Assembly (NCBI RefSeq): GCF_001598795.1
Contig: NZ_BCZP01000026.1
Span: forward strand, 1 to 32,000
From: Delftia acidovorans NBRC 14950
GTDB taxonomy: Bacteria > Pseudomonadota > Gammaproteobacteria > Burkholderiales > Burkholderiaceae_C
Length of the DNA: 32,000 nucleotides
Reading direction: 5' to 3'
A model generated the notes under the pieces. That model did not search any database. It saw nothing but the letters and a program-made list of their open reading frames with translations, and was not told the origin of the DNA. The stretch's first letter is position 1; each line of letters begins with the position of its first letter. Both the position numbers and the translations under genes were made by a program. Shown here in pieces: positions 1 to 9,365 of the stretch.

Positions 1-120
1 GGTGTCGGGTTGACAGGTGTCGGGTTGACAGGCGTCGGACCCACAGGTGTCGGATTGACGGGTGCCGGATCTACAGGTGTCGGGCTGATAGGTCGCGGAG
101 TGACAGGCTGCGGATCAGAC
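1..120. repeat. Tandem 15-bp repeat of about 8 units (GGTGTCGGGTTGACA and variants) that continues off the left edge
   Basis: Units start at 1, 16, 31, 46, 61, 76, 91 and 106. The first two are identical and later ones diverge progressively. On the minus strand they lie in frame with the CDS below and encode P-x-P-V-x pentapeptides (..PVNPTPVNPT). Confidence 0.9.
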
Positions 121-677
121 TCTGCGCAGCTCAGATGAGCATTACATGTTCCTCCGCTCGGTATCAACATATTGGATTTACAGGCTCCAGGATCCGCACC
201 CTCTACAACAATTTCAGTAATACGCACGGACTTGCCACTCGTGTTGCGAACCTCAACAAATGGCAGCGGTGTAGTGACATCAATCGGAGGCACAGAAATA
301 CTCAACACACCACCAGAATCGGAGGAAAGCTCTAACGCGCTGGACTTCGCCTGTACTGCCAGACCTCCCAGTCCCAGAGAGCCGAGAAGACAAAATGCCA
401 GTAGCCCATAGAGCCCCCCTACCTGCTGCCGGCGCCAATAATACGTCCCTGCAATAGCCATCAGAACGACCAGTACACCGATACCGGTAGCGGACAAGGA
501 GGGAATTGAGGAAACGTCTGCAGGCACTCCTAACGTAGCAGCCATCTGATACGTTATCGTGTTTTCGCACACGTCGTACCTTGATGCGGGCTCCGCCAAC
601 GCGGTTAGCGGAAGGACAACAAGTGTCAAGAGTCCCCTTTTTTTGGAAGGAGTAATGTTAATTTTCCGAAGAGACAT
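1..677 (-). CDS. Partial secreted or membrane protein (3' end off-window) with a signal peptide, an internal IPTL-CTERM-like motif, a second signal-peptide-like segment and Pro-rich pentapeptide repeats
   Basis: This ORF is not in the supplied track because it runs off the edge. My minus-strand translation from ATG 677 reads MSLRKINITPSKKRGLLTLVVLPLTALAEP..ADVSSIPSLSATGIGVLVVLMAIAGTYYWRRQQVGGLYGLLAFCLLGSLGLGGLAVQAKSS..SDPQPVTPRPISPTPVDPAPVNPTPVGPTPVNPTPVNPT and stays open to position 1. An alternative in-frame ATG lies at 545. The region is AT-richer than the prophage. Confidence 0.55.
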   Translation of the reverse strand, partial: MSLRKINITPSKKRGLLTLVVLPLTALAEPASRYDVCENTITYQMAATLGVPADVSSIPSLSATGIGVLVVLMAIAGTYYWRRQQVGGLYGLLAFCLLGSLGLGGLAVQAKSSALELSSDSGGVLSISVPPIDVTTPLPFVEVRNTSGKSVRITEIVVEGADPGACKSNMLIPSGGTCNAHLSCAESDPQPVTPRPISPTPVDPAPVNPTPVGPTPVNPTPVNPT

Positions 678-901
678 AAAACGAATCCAATCCTATGAAG
701 ATAAGTTCACTGAAACCAACAAATTCATCGTGAAGCTCCTCACTAAAACAGTGAGGTCCTTCCCTCTGTTGTATTCATGCGGATGGACTCGTTGCACGCA
801 TATGAGAAGACATTCTCATCATGAAGCAAAACTATCGAAAATGACAAATCCAAGAAAATTTAACAATGTTGTCTCCAGGCCGCGTGGGTCTCATCGCCAA
901 A

Positions 902-1387
902 TCAGCGGGATAGCGTCCAGCTTGATGGCCACGCACCGTGAATCAATCGAACATCATCTGCGTGCCCTGCAGCCGTCGCTGCCATGTCTCCATACGCTGC
1001 GCGGCAGTCGTCGTATACGGCGTTGACGGCAGTGGCGTACTCAAGGACGGCAGCGGGGGGAGCGTCGGCAAGTCGGCGGGCTGCATCTGCGGATTGCTCG
1101 CGCAGGCCGTCAGAGACAGCGCGCAGCTGGTCAAGATCACGGCGCAGCAGCACCTCGCGGGTTCGGGCAGCATTCAGCGCCTCCTGGTATTTGGTGTTGA
1201 TGGCCTTCTCGGCCTGGCGCACGCGGGCGTCGGCCGCGCGCTGGGCTGTGCTGACAGCCAGCTTTTCGCCCACAGCTGCAGCGCGGGCCTCGGCCAGGTC
1301 GGCGCCCAGGCGCGCGCCCTGGTAGCTCCAGGCCAAGAACGCGGCCAGGCCGGCGGCGGCCAGATGGGTGATGGCGCGCACGCTCAT
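902..1387 (-). CDS. i-spanin (Rz-like)
   Basis: This is the internal ATG (MSVRAITHLAAAGLAAFLAWSY..) of ORF 902..1510. It has an N-terminal TM helix followed by a charged coiled-coil-like region. Its start overlaps the endolysin stop (ATGA), and it contains an embedded +1-frame lipoprotein ORF. Confidence 0.7.
   Translation of the reverse strand: MSVRAITHLAAAGLAAFLAWSYQGARLGADLAEARAAAVGEKLAVSTAQRAADARVRQAEKAINTKYQEALNAARTREVLLRRDLDQLRAVSDGLREQSADAARRLADAPPAAVLEYATAVNAVYDDCRAAYGDMAATAAGHADDVRLIHGAWPSSWTLSR
943..1173 (-). CDS. o-spanin (Rz1-like lipoprotein) embedded in the i-spanin gene
   Basis: The product MLPEPARCCCAVILTSCALSLTAC|ASNPQ.. has a lipobox (LTAC) followed by a Pro-rich mature part (PADLPTLPPLPSLSTPLPSTP). 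The ORF lies entirely inside 902..1387 in another frame. Confidence 0.7.
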   Translation of the reverse strand: MLPEPARCCCAVILTSCALSLTACASNPQMQPADLPTLPPLPSLSTPLPSTPYTTTAAQRMETWQRRLQGTQMMFD

Positions 1388-1962
1388 TGCTGCACACTCA
1401 TGCACGCCGCGTGCCGCGCCTGCTGGCGGGTCCAGACACCACGGCAAACCTTGTTGCCCGGCGCCGAGCAGTCGAAGCGCCACCGGGTGGGCTGACCGCC
1501 CACGCCCCACTGGTAGGCAGCGTAGCCCTGCAGGGGCTGAGTGCTGGTCATGAAGCGATAGGCCAGGTAGGCCTGGCAGGCGCCGGCATAGTCGCCGGCT
1601 CGCGTGCGCGACAGCATCGAGGAGCCGCGCCAGGCGCCGCAGCCGTACTGGCCCGCGAAGTCCACGGCCTGGGCGAACTCGGCCGGGTGCACCAGCGTGT
1701 CGCCCAGCGAGGCCCTCACGCAGGCGCCGTACTCCTGGTCCAGCAGGTTGGCAGCCAGGTCGCGCGCCCGTTCGCGTGTGATGGGCGGATCTGCCATGGT
1801 CACGCGCGTGCCGTCTTCATAGCGCGTGGCGCCATGGCCGATTGTTGGCACGTCGCCGCGCACCGGGATGATGGGGCCGGAACTGAAGCCCTCGGCAAGC
1901 ATCCAGCCGGCCAGGATGGCCGCACCCACGCGCAGGCCTGCAGCAGGCACACGGCCGGTCAT
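1384..1962 (-). CDS. Phage lysozyme (GH24-like) with an N-terminal SAR-type weakly hydrophobic segment
   Basis: This is the internal ATG (MTGRVPAAGLRVGAAILAGWMLAEGFSS..GDVPTIGHGAT..) of ORF 1384..2112. It shows an EG..D..T(I)G.G lysozyme-like motif. Its start overlaps the holin stop. Confidence 0.75.
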   Translation of the reverse strand: MTGRVPAAGLRVGAAILAGWMLAEGFSSGPIIPVRGDVPTIGHGATRYEDGTRVTMADPPITRERARDLAANLLDQEYGACVRASLGDTLVHPAEFAQAVDFAGQYGCGAWRGSSMLSRTRAGDYAGACQAYLAYRFMTSTQPLQGYAAYQWGVGGQPTRWRFDCSAPGNKVCRGVWTRQQARHAACMSVQQ

Positions 1963-2285
1963 TGCTCGTCTCCTTCGCGGCCACCCGCCATACGTACGAT
2001 GCGCGCGCGGTCCGTCTGGTGCTCCTGGTCCATGCGGTAGTCGCGGCGCCACTTCCAGGCAAGATGCGCCACCTGTAGGGCGATGAGGATCAGCGTGGCC
2101 ACGATCACCCAAGCATTGCCCGTGAGTCCCAACAACGTGGCCTCCGTCTGCTGGGTGGCGACGGCGCCCGCGCTGGCGCCCACGGCAGGCGCGGACTTCA
2201 CGCCGGCCAGAATCAGGTCGTTCTTGTGCTCGGCGGTCAGGCCGTTGGCCAGGCCGAGCACTTCCTTGAGGGTGTCGATATTCAT
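1959..2285 (-). CDS. Holin (possibly pinholin-like)
   Basis: The 108-aa product has a G/A-rich weak hydrophobic segment, a strong TM helix (NAWVIVATLILIALQVAHLAW) and a charged C-terminus. It lies immediately upstream of the endolysin, and its ATG overlaps the portal stop. Confidence 0.6.
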   Translation of the reverse strand: MNIDTLKEVLGLANGLTAEHKNDLILAGVKSAPAVGASAGAVATQQTEATLLGLTGNAWVIVATLILIALQVAHLAWKWRRDYRMDQEHQTDRARIVRMAGGREGDEQ

Positions 2286-4645
2286 TGTTCGGCGGCCGGC
2301 TGGCTGTCGGTGGTTGGGGAAGGAAAGCGGTTCAGTTGGGCGCCCACGGCGTCGAGCCGTTCGCGGCTGGCGGCCTGGATCTGGGCCACGCGCTCGCGCG
2401 AATCGGCCTCGATGTGGGCCACCTGCAGACGCACGTCCTGGTCGCCTTTGATCTGCAGCGTCTTGTTGGCCAAGTCGGCCTGAGCCTTGGCCAGCTTGCG
2501 GCGCGTCTCCTCTAGCTCCAGGTCTGCGTCGCGGCGCACCGTGGCTGCCACGCCTTCCATTTGCTGGGCCAGTGCCTGGTTGCCGCCGGCGGCGCGCAGC
2601 TGCTCGGCCTCGGCTTCCAGCTTCTCGGCGCGGGCATTGATCTCCCGGACCTTGGCCTGCTGCTCGGCCAGCGCCTGGCGCGCGCTCTCCTGCTGCATCT
2701 GCAGGGCCTCGGCCTGGGCCTGCATTTGCTGCTGCATCTGCTGCTGTTCCTCGGGCGTGAGCGGCTTGTTGGGATCGCGCTCACCGGTCAGCTTGCGCAT
2801 CTCGTCCGCCATCTGCTCATGGTTCGGCAGGTCGGAGTAGTCCATGGCCAGGGTCATCAGGCGCATGGCCGTGCTGGGCTCCATGCGGCCCGCCAGCTGC
2901 GTCATGGCATCGAACATCACCTGCCGCAGCGTGCCGGCATAGTCCTGCTCGGACACGATGAAGTCGGCCATGCTGGACGTGATGTCGTTCAGGTAGCGCA
3001 CGCTGCCGTCTGGCTGGACCTCGGGCTGGTTGACCTTCACCCAGTCCAGTTGCCCCTTGTGGCCCGTCAGGCGGATCACCTTCTCGTCCGTGTACCACTG
3101 CTCGACCAGGCTCAGTTGCTTCTCGCCCTGGATCTGGACGGACAGGCGCAGGTTGTCGAAGGGCTGCGTGGTCACGACCGAGCCCTGCAGCTGGCGGGCC
3201 TCGATGGCCTTGCCGCTGGTGGCATTGGTTCGCCGGCCCAGGTTCTCGTCGCTGATGCCCGCGGACTTCTGGATGGCCTGGCCGTCCAGCGTCATCATCT
3301 GCACTTGGCCAGCGGCCATCTCGCTATCTCGGTGGACCTCGAACTTCTTGCCGGCCCTGTAGATCACCACGCCGTCCGGCTGATTGACCTCATCGCGCGC
3401 TTCGTTGATGTCATCGAAGGCGCCCTTCTCCGCGAAGATCTGGTTCGTGGACAGCAGGAACAGCGCCTTGCTGGCCCGCTTGTTCAGGTCCATCTGCAGA
3501 TCGCGCACGCGGCGCACCACGCCATAGGGCATGCGGTCGCGGCCGCGGCGGTAGCACCAGATCGGTGTCAGGCTGAAACTGTTGTGCCGCATGGGCATGG
3601 GCCCCAGGGCCAGCAGGTGGCCCTCGGTGAAGACCGCGACGTGCATGCGCATGGCCACGCGGTCCACGATGGAGCCGCCAGCACGGCCAATGGCGTCCAG
3701 CAGCACCTGGTCCCAAGCCTCCACGAAGGCGCCCTTGAACGGCCCATCCGTCACGACCTTGACGGACACGGGCATGCGGAACTGACACTCGATCAGGCGC
3801 ACGCGGCTGCGGGCCTCGCTGTCGATGTTGCCCCGGCCGCCCGTGATGTAGCTGCCGCTGGTGCCGCTGGTGTGGCGCTCGCTGGTGTAGCCCTGGTGAT
3901 AGAACTCGTCCTCGGCCCACTGCTGTGCGCTGAACTCCTGCTCACGCAGCACCGCGCGCTCCAGCACGTCGCGCCGGCCCGGGTACATAGTGATGGCCAC
4001 GTCCTCGTCCACCCAGCGCGTGCGGAAGATGTAGCGCGCGTCGCTCAGGTCGTTTTCCATGGCCATCGAGTCCCAGAGCACGCTGCGCCAGTCCTCGTAT
4101 TTGGAATAGATCACGTCCTTGGTGGGGTCGTTGCACACGCCGTCGTCCAGCCAGCCCACGCCCACCTTGATGGCGTCCTCGAAAGCGCGCGAGCGGTTGA
4201 AGGTGGTCCGGTTCACGTCGCTGACGTACTTGAGCACCTTGGTCTTCACGTCGGCCAGTTGCACATCGTCCTCGGTGCGTGGCAGCACGCTCCAGTCCAC
4301 GCGCGCGCGCCGTTCGGTGCCGATCAGCCAGTCGCACATCACGGCCACCTCGTTGAACACCAGAGGCACCTGACCGCGCCCCTCCAGCGTGGCCGCGTCG
4401 GCCGGGTCCCACTGGTCGCCGTCGTAGTAGTCGGCGTCGATGGACATCTGCAGGCGGTTCTCGGCCTGGATCTCGCGCTCGCGGTAGTACCAGCTCAGGA
4501 GCTTGCGCAGGGTCTTGCGGGCCTCGGGCTGGTCCAGCGGGTGCGGCGGCGTCTCCTCGTCGGCGTCGAACTCCAGCGGCACGTCGTTCAGGATGCGCTC
4601 GCCCACGCCCGCGCGACGGTTGAAGCGGGCCTCAAGCTGGGACAT
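2282..4645 (-). CDS. Portal protein (P22-like, with a long C-terminal coiled-coil tail)
   Basis: The 787-aa product has an N-terminal region (..YYDGDQWDPADAATLEGRGQVPLVFNEV..) that resembles P22-type portals. It ends in a Q/A/E-rich helical tail, and it sits downstream of terL. Confidence 0.8.
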   Translation of the reverse strand: MSQLEARFNRRAGVGERILNDVPLEFDADEETPPHPLDQPEARKTLRKLLSWYYREREIQAENRLQMSIDADYYDGDQWDPADAATLEGRGQVPLVFNEVAVMCDWLIGTERRARVDWSVLPRTEDDVQLADVKTKVLKYVSDVNRTTFNRSRAFEDAIKVGVGWLDDGVCNDPTKDVIYSKYEDWRSVLWDSMAMENDLSDARYIFRTRWVDEDVAITMYPGRRDVLERAVLREQEFSAQQWAEDEFYHQGYTSERHTSGTSGSYITGGRGNIDSEARSRVRLIECQFRMPVSVKVVTDGPFKGAFVEAWDQVLLDAIGRAGGSIVDRVAMRMHVAVFTEGHLLALGPMPMRHNSFSLTPIWCYRRGRDRMPYGVVRRVRDLQMDLNKRASKALFLLSTNQIFAEKGAFDDINEARDEVNQPDGVVIYRAGKKFEVHRDSEMAAGQVQMMTLDGQAIQKSAGISDENLGRRTNATSGKAIEARQLQGSVVTTQPFDNLRLSVQIQGEKQLSLVEQWYTDEKVIRLTGHKGQLDWVKVNQPEVQPDGSVRYLNDITSSMADFIVSEQDYAGTLRQVMFDAMTQLAGRMEPSTAMRLMTLAMDYSDLPNHEQMADEMRKLTGERDPNKPLTPEEQQQMQQQMQAQAEALQMQQESARQALAEQQAKVREINARAEKLEAEAEQLRAAGGNQALAQQMEGVAATVRRDADLELEETRRKLAKAQADLANKTLQIKGDQDVRLQVAHIEADSRERVAQIQAASRERLDAVGAQLNRFPSPTTDSQPAAEQ

Positions 4646-5054
4646 ATTCGGCCCCCGCGTCCGGGATGGTCAGGGCCTCGGCCGCGATCTCCCGGCCTTC
4701 GGACTTGACCACCAGGCTGCCGAACTCGCGGCCCGGGCGCTGCCACGCGGGCTCGCTGGGCATGCTCACCAGGTCGGGCAGGCCCTCGTTGACGATGGTG
4801 GCCACGCGCACCCAGTTGGGCCGGTTGGGCTCGATGCCCAGCACCTCGCAGGCCTTGACGCAGGCCTTGGCCAGGTAGGCCGGGTCATCGTAGAGATAGG
4901 CGGCGCTCTCCATCACCACGTACCAGGGTGATTTCGGGCGGTAGGCCGGGATCAGGACCAGCGCGCGTTCGGCGTTGATCCAGGTGTAGACGGCCAGCAA
5001 GTCCCCATGCTGGCGGTGAAGGTGCGCTTTGCGCAGGTCGATACATGCAGGCAT
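4632..5054 (-). CDS. Hypothetical phage protein between terL and portal
   Basis: The 140-aa ORF has plausible composition and a 14-nt overlap with the portal start. I recognise no family. Confidence 0.5.
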   Translation of the reverse strand: MPACIDLRKAHLHRQHGDLLAVYTWINAERALVLIPAYRPKSPWYVVMESAAYLYDDPAYLAKACVKACEVLGIEPNRPNWVRVATIVNEGLPDLVSMPSEPAWQRPGREFGSLVVKSEGREIAAEALTIPDAGAEYVPA

Positions 5055-5084
5055 GCCCGCGAAAGTGGCAGGCTTGGTACGGGA

Positions 5085-6428
5085 TCAACGCGCCATGCCG
5101 CCTCCGCGCGGCTTCCTGGGCTTCGCACCTTGGGTGTCGTTGTCCATCAGCGGCAGGGCCATGTTGATGTAGCGCCACACGTCGGCGCCGTGGCTGGCCT
5201 CGTCGTGCAGCGGTGCCCCGGGCTCGTTCGTGCGCGGGTCGATCTGACGCCGGTACCGGCTCAGGCACTCCAGCAGCGCGGCGCAGCGCTTCCCATCGAT
5301 ATAAGCGGTGGCGAAGATGCCGCGCGCCAGGCGGATGCCCGACTCCAGGCCCGCGCGCTCCAGCACCTCCACCTCGCGGCCCATGTCCTCCAGGATCTGC
5401 TGGGCCGTCTGCCCGGTCTTGAAGTCGCCGTGGGCACCGTCGTGCGGCAGGAAGTCCGTGCCCCAGCGGTACGGCAGCTTCTCCATCTGCTCCACGTACC
5501 ACTCCAGCGTCTTCTGGTTGTCCTGCATGAAGTTGATGACGCGGAAATCCATGGCTGTGCGCTGCACGAATGCGATGGCCATGTTGTCGGCCCAGCCCAG
5601 GTCCCAGACCGTGTGCACGGGAAGCTTTGGGTTGTAGGGCACCAGGCACACGCGGTCGTCGTTGTACAGGCGCTCCACCTCCTTCGCGTAGATCGCGCCG
5701 GCCAGCGTGCGCTTGGGGCGGCCCTCCCAGACGTTCCAGTAGGTATCCGGGTCGCGCTTGAAGTGCCGGCGGCGCTCTTTCTCCAGCACCTCGGGGAACC
5801 AGGGGTTGTCCCGCCAGTTGATTTCGCACAACCAGGTGTCGCTGTCGGCGGCCTCGATGAACCGCGCATAGGTGGCGTCGGTGGCCAGGTCCGGATTGAG
5901 CGTGAGCCAGATTTCCGAGCCGGGCCGGCGGATGGTCGGCACCAACACCTCCCAGCTGCGCGCGCTGACGCTCTGGGCCTCTTCCACCCATACGATGTCA
6001 ATGGCCTCATAGGACTTGATCGAGTCCACCGTGTGGCTCTGCAGGCCCGCGAACAGGATCAGCGTGCCGTTGGCCCCGCGAATCTCCGTGTCCAGCACCT
6101 CGTAGAAGCCACCCAGGCCCAGGGCCGCGATCTGGTCGGACAGCAGGCGGTGCACCGAGTCCCGCATGGACTTCTGGATCTCGCGCGCGCACAGGATGCG
6201 CAATGGCCGGTTGCTGCCCATCACCAGCAGGGCCATGGCCACAGACCAGGACTTGGCGCCGCCGCGCCCGCCGTACATGACCTTGAAGCGCTTCGGCTGG
6301 AACAGGCCGCGCAGCTTCGAGGGGAACTCGACCCGGACGCGCGAGCGGTCTACCTCGTAGTCCTCGGCAAAGTCCGGCTCCTCATCGGCAAGGCGCGCGG
6401 CCTGCAGGCTGGCGGACAGCAGGTTCAT
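5085..6428 (-). CDS. terL: Terminase large subunit (PBSX / Terminase_3-like)
   Basis: The 447-aa product has a Walker A-like motif YGGRGGAKSW and the typical ..ILCAREIQKSMRDSV.. and ..VWVEEAQ.. motifs. Its start overlaps the terS stop. Confidence 0.9.
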   Translation of the reverse strand: MNLLSASLQAARLADEEPDFAEDYEVDRSRVRVEFPSKLRGLFQPKRFKVMYGGRGGAKSWSVAMALLVMGSNRPLRILCAREIQKSMRDSVHRLLSDQIAALGLGGFYEVLDTEIRGANGTLILFAGLQSHTVDSIKSYEAIDIVWVEEAQSVSARSWEVLVPTIRRPGSEIWLTLNPDLATDATYARFIEAADSDTWLCEINWRDNPWFPEVLEKERRRHFKRDPDTYWNVWEGRPKRTLAGAIYAKEVERLYNDDRVCLVPYNPKLPVHTVWDLGWADNMAIAFVQRTAMDFRVINFMQDNQKTLEWYVEQMEKLPYRWGTDFLPHDGAHGDFKTGQTAQQILEDMGREVEVLERAGLESGIRLARGIFATAYIDGKRCAALLECLSRYRRQIDPRTNEPGAPLHDEASHGADVWRYINMALPLMDNDTQGAKPRKPRGGGMAR

Positions 6429-7093
6429 GCGCCCTCCCCGTCCCGTGGATCGTGCTCACGCGCGGGCGCGTCCACGAAGTGCAGCTCGAAGTGGCCCACG
6501 TTGCCGCCACCGTTCGGCCCCTTGCCTGCGTCCTTGTCGTTCATGCCGAAGGCCTGGCGCTCCATGTCCACCACGATGCGCAGGCTCTCGGCCAGCACCT
6601 TCATGGTCTTGGAGCGCTCCGGCAGGCTGATGACCTTCTGGTAGAGGTCGTTCAGCTTGTCCATGCCGTTGTCGTCGGGCGAGCGCAGCATCTCACCCAG
6701 CTCCTGCAGGTAGGCCACCGTGTCCGCGTCAGCCATTTGCTCCAGCTCGTCCAGCAGCGCGTTGGTGATCTTGCGTGCCCGCTGGATGTCCCGCCTGTGC
6801 GCCAGCCTGATGGTGGCCACAGCCTGCGCATTCGCGTCCACTACCTCACGTTCGGACGCAGTACGCTCCGCGCGTACCTCGCTGCGTACCGCCTCCTTGC
6901 GTACCAGCTGCTCAGCCTTCTCCTGGATGCGCTCCGACAGGTCTCGGCTCCAGTCGTCACGCTTCGCGCGCTTGCGGATCGCTCCCTCGCTGATGCCCTG
7001 CTCTGCTGCGATCTGCCGAAGGCTCTTGATGCCCGCCCTGTAGTCCAGCTCGATGCGCTCCCACTGCGGGCTCTGCTTCTGTTCCTTGCTCAT
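6425..7093 (-). CDS. terS: Terminase small subunit
   Basis: This is the ATG at 7093 (MSKEQKQSPQWERIELDYRAGIKSLRQIAAEQGISEGAIRKRAKRDDW..). It has an HTH-like N-terminus and lies directly upstream of and coupled to terL. The track start at 7126 is a TTG. Confidence 0.7.
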   Translation of the reverse strand: MSKEQKQSPQWERIELDYRAGIKSLRQIAAEQGISEGAIRKRAKRDDWSRDLSERIQEKAEQLVRKEAVRSEVRAERTASEREVVDANAQAVATIRLAHRRDIQRARKITNALLDELEQMADADTVAYLQELGEMLRSPDDNGMDKLNDLYQKVISLPERSKTMKVLAESLRIVVDMERQAFGMNDKDAGKGPNGGGNVGHFELHFVDAPAREHDPRDGEGA

Positions 7094-7210
7094 GCTGCCG
7101 AAGCTGGCAGGCTTGGAACGATGCAAACGAGAAGAAAAGGCTTATGTTCAGAGCAAACGAATGAGCATCAAAAGCATTGAGAGCGCCGCGCAAGACTCAT
7201 TCCCGGTCTT

Positions 7211-8302
7211 CTACAGTTCGTAGAACGGGCGGTTGGCCTCAATGCGCGCCTGCTCGCTGACTGGGTAGCGGCGCTCGGCCAGCAACTGCTGCAGCGCGGC
7301 GCGGCCCAGGTCGCGCAGCGGGGTGTAGAAGGCGCTGACGGCCAGTTCGTCCAGCGCGCGCCAGTCATAGACCTGGGAATCGATGAACAGGATGTCTTCG
7401 GCCGGACGCGGCAGTGCGGCGGCCTGGCGTGCGAAGAGGCAGGCCAGGGCGAACTCGGAGCGTTCGCGGTGGTAGCGCGCCAGTTCGCACAAAGGCTCGG
7501 CCCGTTGCGGGCGCGCCGCATAGGCCGTGAGATAGGCCTCGCGCACGGCAGCGGGTTCGGCGCCGGATCGCTCCAGCAGCACGCCAATCTGGAACAGCGC
7601 AAACCACTGCTCCTCGGCCCAGCCGCCCATGGCGGCGCGCTGCCGGTACCAGTGCAGGCTGGGCTCGATCTGGCCCGCATCGCGGTGGCTTTGCGCCAGA
7701 TAGAACACGTTGCGCGTGTTGCCGGGCTGCTCGCGCACGGCCTTTTCGAGCACGGCGATGTCGCGCAGATAGGTCTGCGGGTCCCGGGCCCGAGCGCCGT
7801 CGTGCGAGACATCGATGAAGGGGCCCTCCAGCATCTGCCAAGGCTGGTGCGCCGGAGCTGTCAGGTATTCGTGCAGCACGCCTTCCCAGCGCCAGTCCAC
7901 GTGCGTGGCGATCAGGGCGTTGCGCTGGTATTCGGTGCCCGCCATGTGGCAGGACAGCATGCAGCCGTCCGCCTCCAGTGCAGGCCAGGCAAAGCCATCG
8001 GGCACGCGCAGTTGCTCATCGGCATCGATGAACAGCAGGTAGTCGCCGTGCGGGCGTGCCAGCTGCAGCGCCTCGTTGCGGTTGTGGGCGAAGTCCAACC
8101 AGAGCCGCTCATGCAGGCTGCCGGGCACGCCCTCCATGCACTCGCGCACCAGGGCCTGCGTGCCGTCGCTGGAGCCCGTGTCCACGATGACCCAGTGGTC
8201 CACCCAGGGCTTGACCGAGGCCAGGCAGCGTGCGATCACCGGGGCCTCGTTCTTGACAATCATGTTCAGGCAGATGCGAGGCCGAACGTTCAACATGACC
8301 AT
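7211..8302 (-). CDS. Family-2 glycosyltransferase with a TPR-like helical C-terminal half
   Basis: The N-terminus ..ICLNMIVKNEAPVIARCLASVKPWVDHWVIVDTGSSDGT.. and a ..FIDADE.. (DxD) motif point to GT2. The C-terminal region has helical repeats, and there is no signal peptide. Confidence 0.8.
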   Translation of the reverse strand: MVMLNVRPRICLNMIVKNEAPVIARCLASVKPWVDHWVIVDTGSSDGTQALVRECMEGVPGSLHERLWLDFAHNRNEALQLARPHGDYLLFIDADEQLRVPDGFAWPALEADGCMLSCHMAGTEYQRNALIATHVDWRWEGVLHEYLTAPAHQPWQMLEGPFIDVSHDGARARDPQTYLRDIAVLEKAVREQPGNTRNVFYLAQSHRDAGQIEPSLHWYRQRAAMGGWAEEQWFALFQIGVLLERSGAEPAAVREAYLTAYAARPQRAEPLCELARYHRERSEFALACLFARQAAALPRPAEDILFIDSQVYDWRALDELAVSAFYTPLRDLGRAALQQLLAERRYPVSEQARIEANRPFYEL

Positions 8303-8376
8303 AGCGCAGACACGAGACTCATTGGCAGGAGCACGACACCATCACCGCGATGCCAGACCAGCTAACTCGAGCATCA

Positions 8377-9357
<981 letters not shown>

Positions 9358-9365
9358 AGGTTTGT

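Noticed and set aside
784-862. Short patches resembling the dusA 5' end, considered as the second att copy or prophage left end. GGATGGACTCGTTGCACGCAT at ~784..805 resembles GTTGCACCCATGATGGACTGG, and AATGACAAAtccaAGAAAAT at 840..859 resembles AATGACAAAcgtAGAAAAT at 26816..26834.
   Set aside because: The matches are only 8 to 12 nt long and AT-biased. They are not collinear with dusA, because their order is reversed. The downstream frame does not encode DusA-like residues. I cannot distinguish them from chance without an alignment to a prophage-free locus, so the left boundary is left unresolved.
559-1026. The 155-aa plus-strand ORF spanning the region between the left-end gene and the spanins.
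   Set aside because: It overlaps the better-supported minus-strand gene and the spanin 3' end. It has His/Arg/Ser-rich composition, no SD and no recognisable features.
2561-4708. Very long ORFs antisense to real genes. Examples are 2561..4708 (+), 5007..6644 (+), 14736..16493 (+), 27915..29435 (-), 30549..31781 (+), and the many 60 to 250-aa ORFs overlapping them.
   Set aside because: Their products are Arg-, Ala-, Gly-, His- and Pro-rich low-complexity sequences, which is typical of stop-poor antisense frames in high-GC DNA. In every case the opposite strand carries a recognisable protein (portal, terminase, replication genes, PhaZ or MCP).
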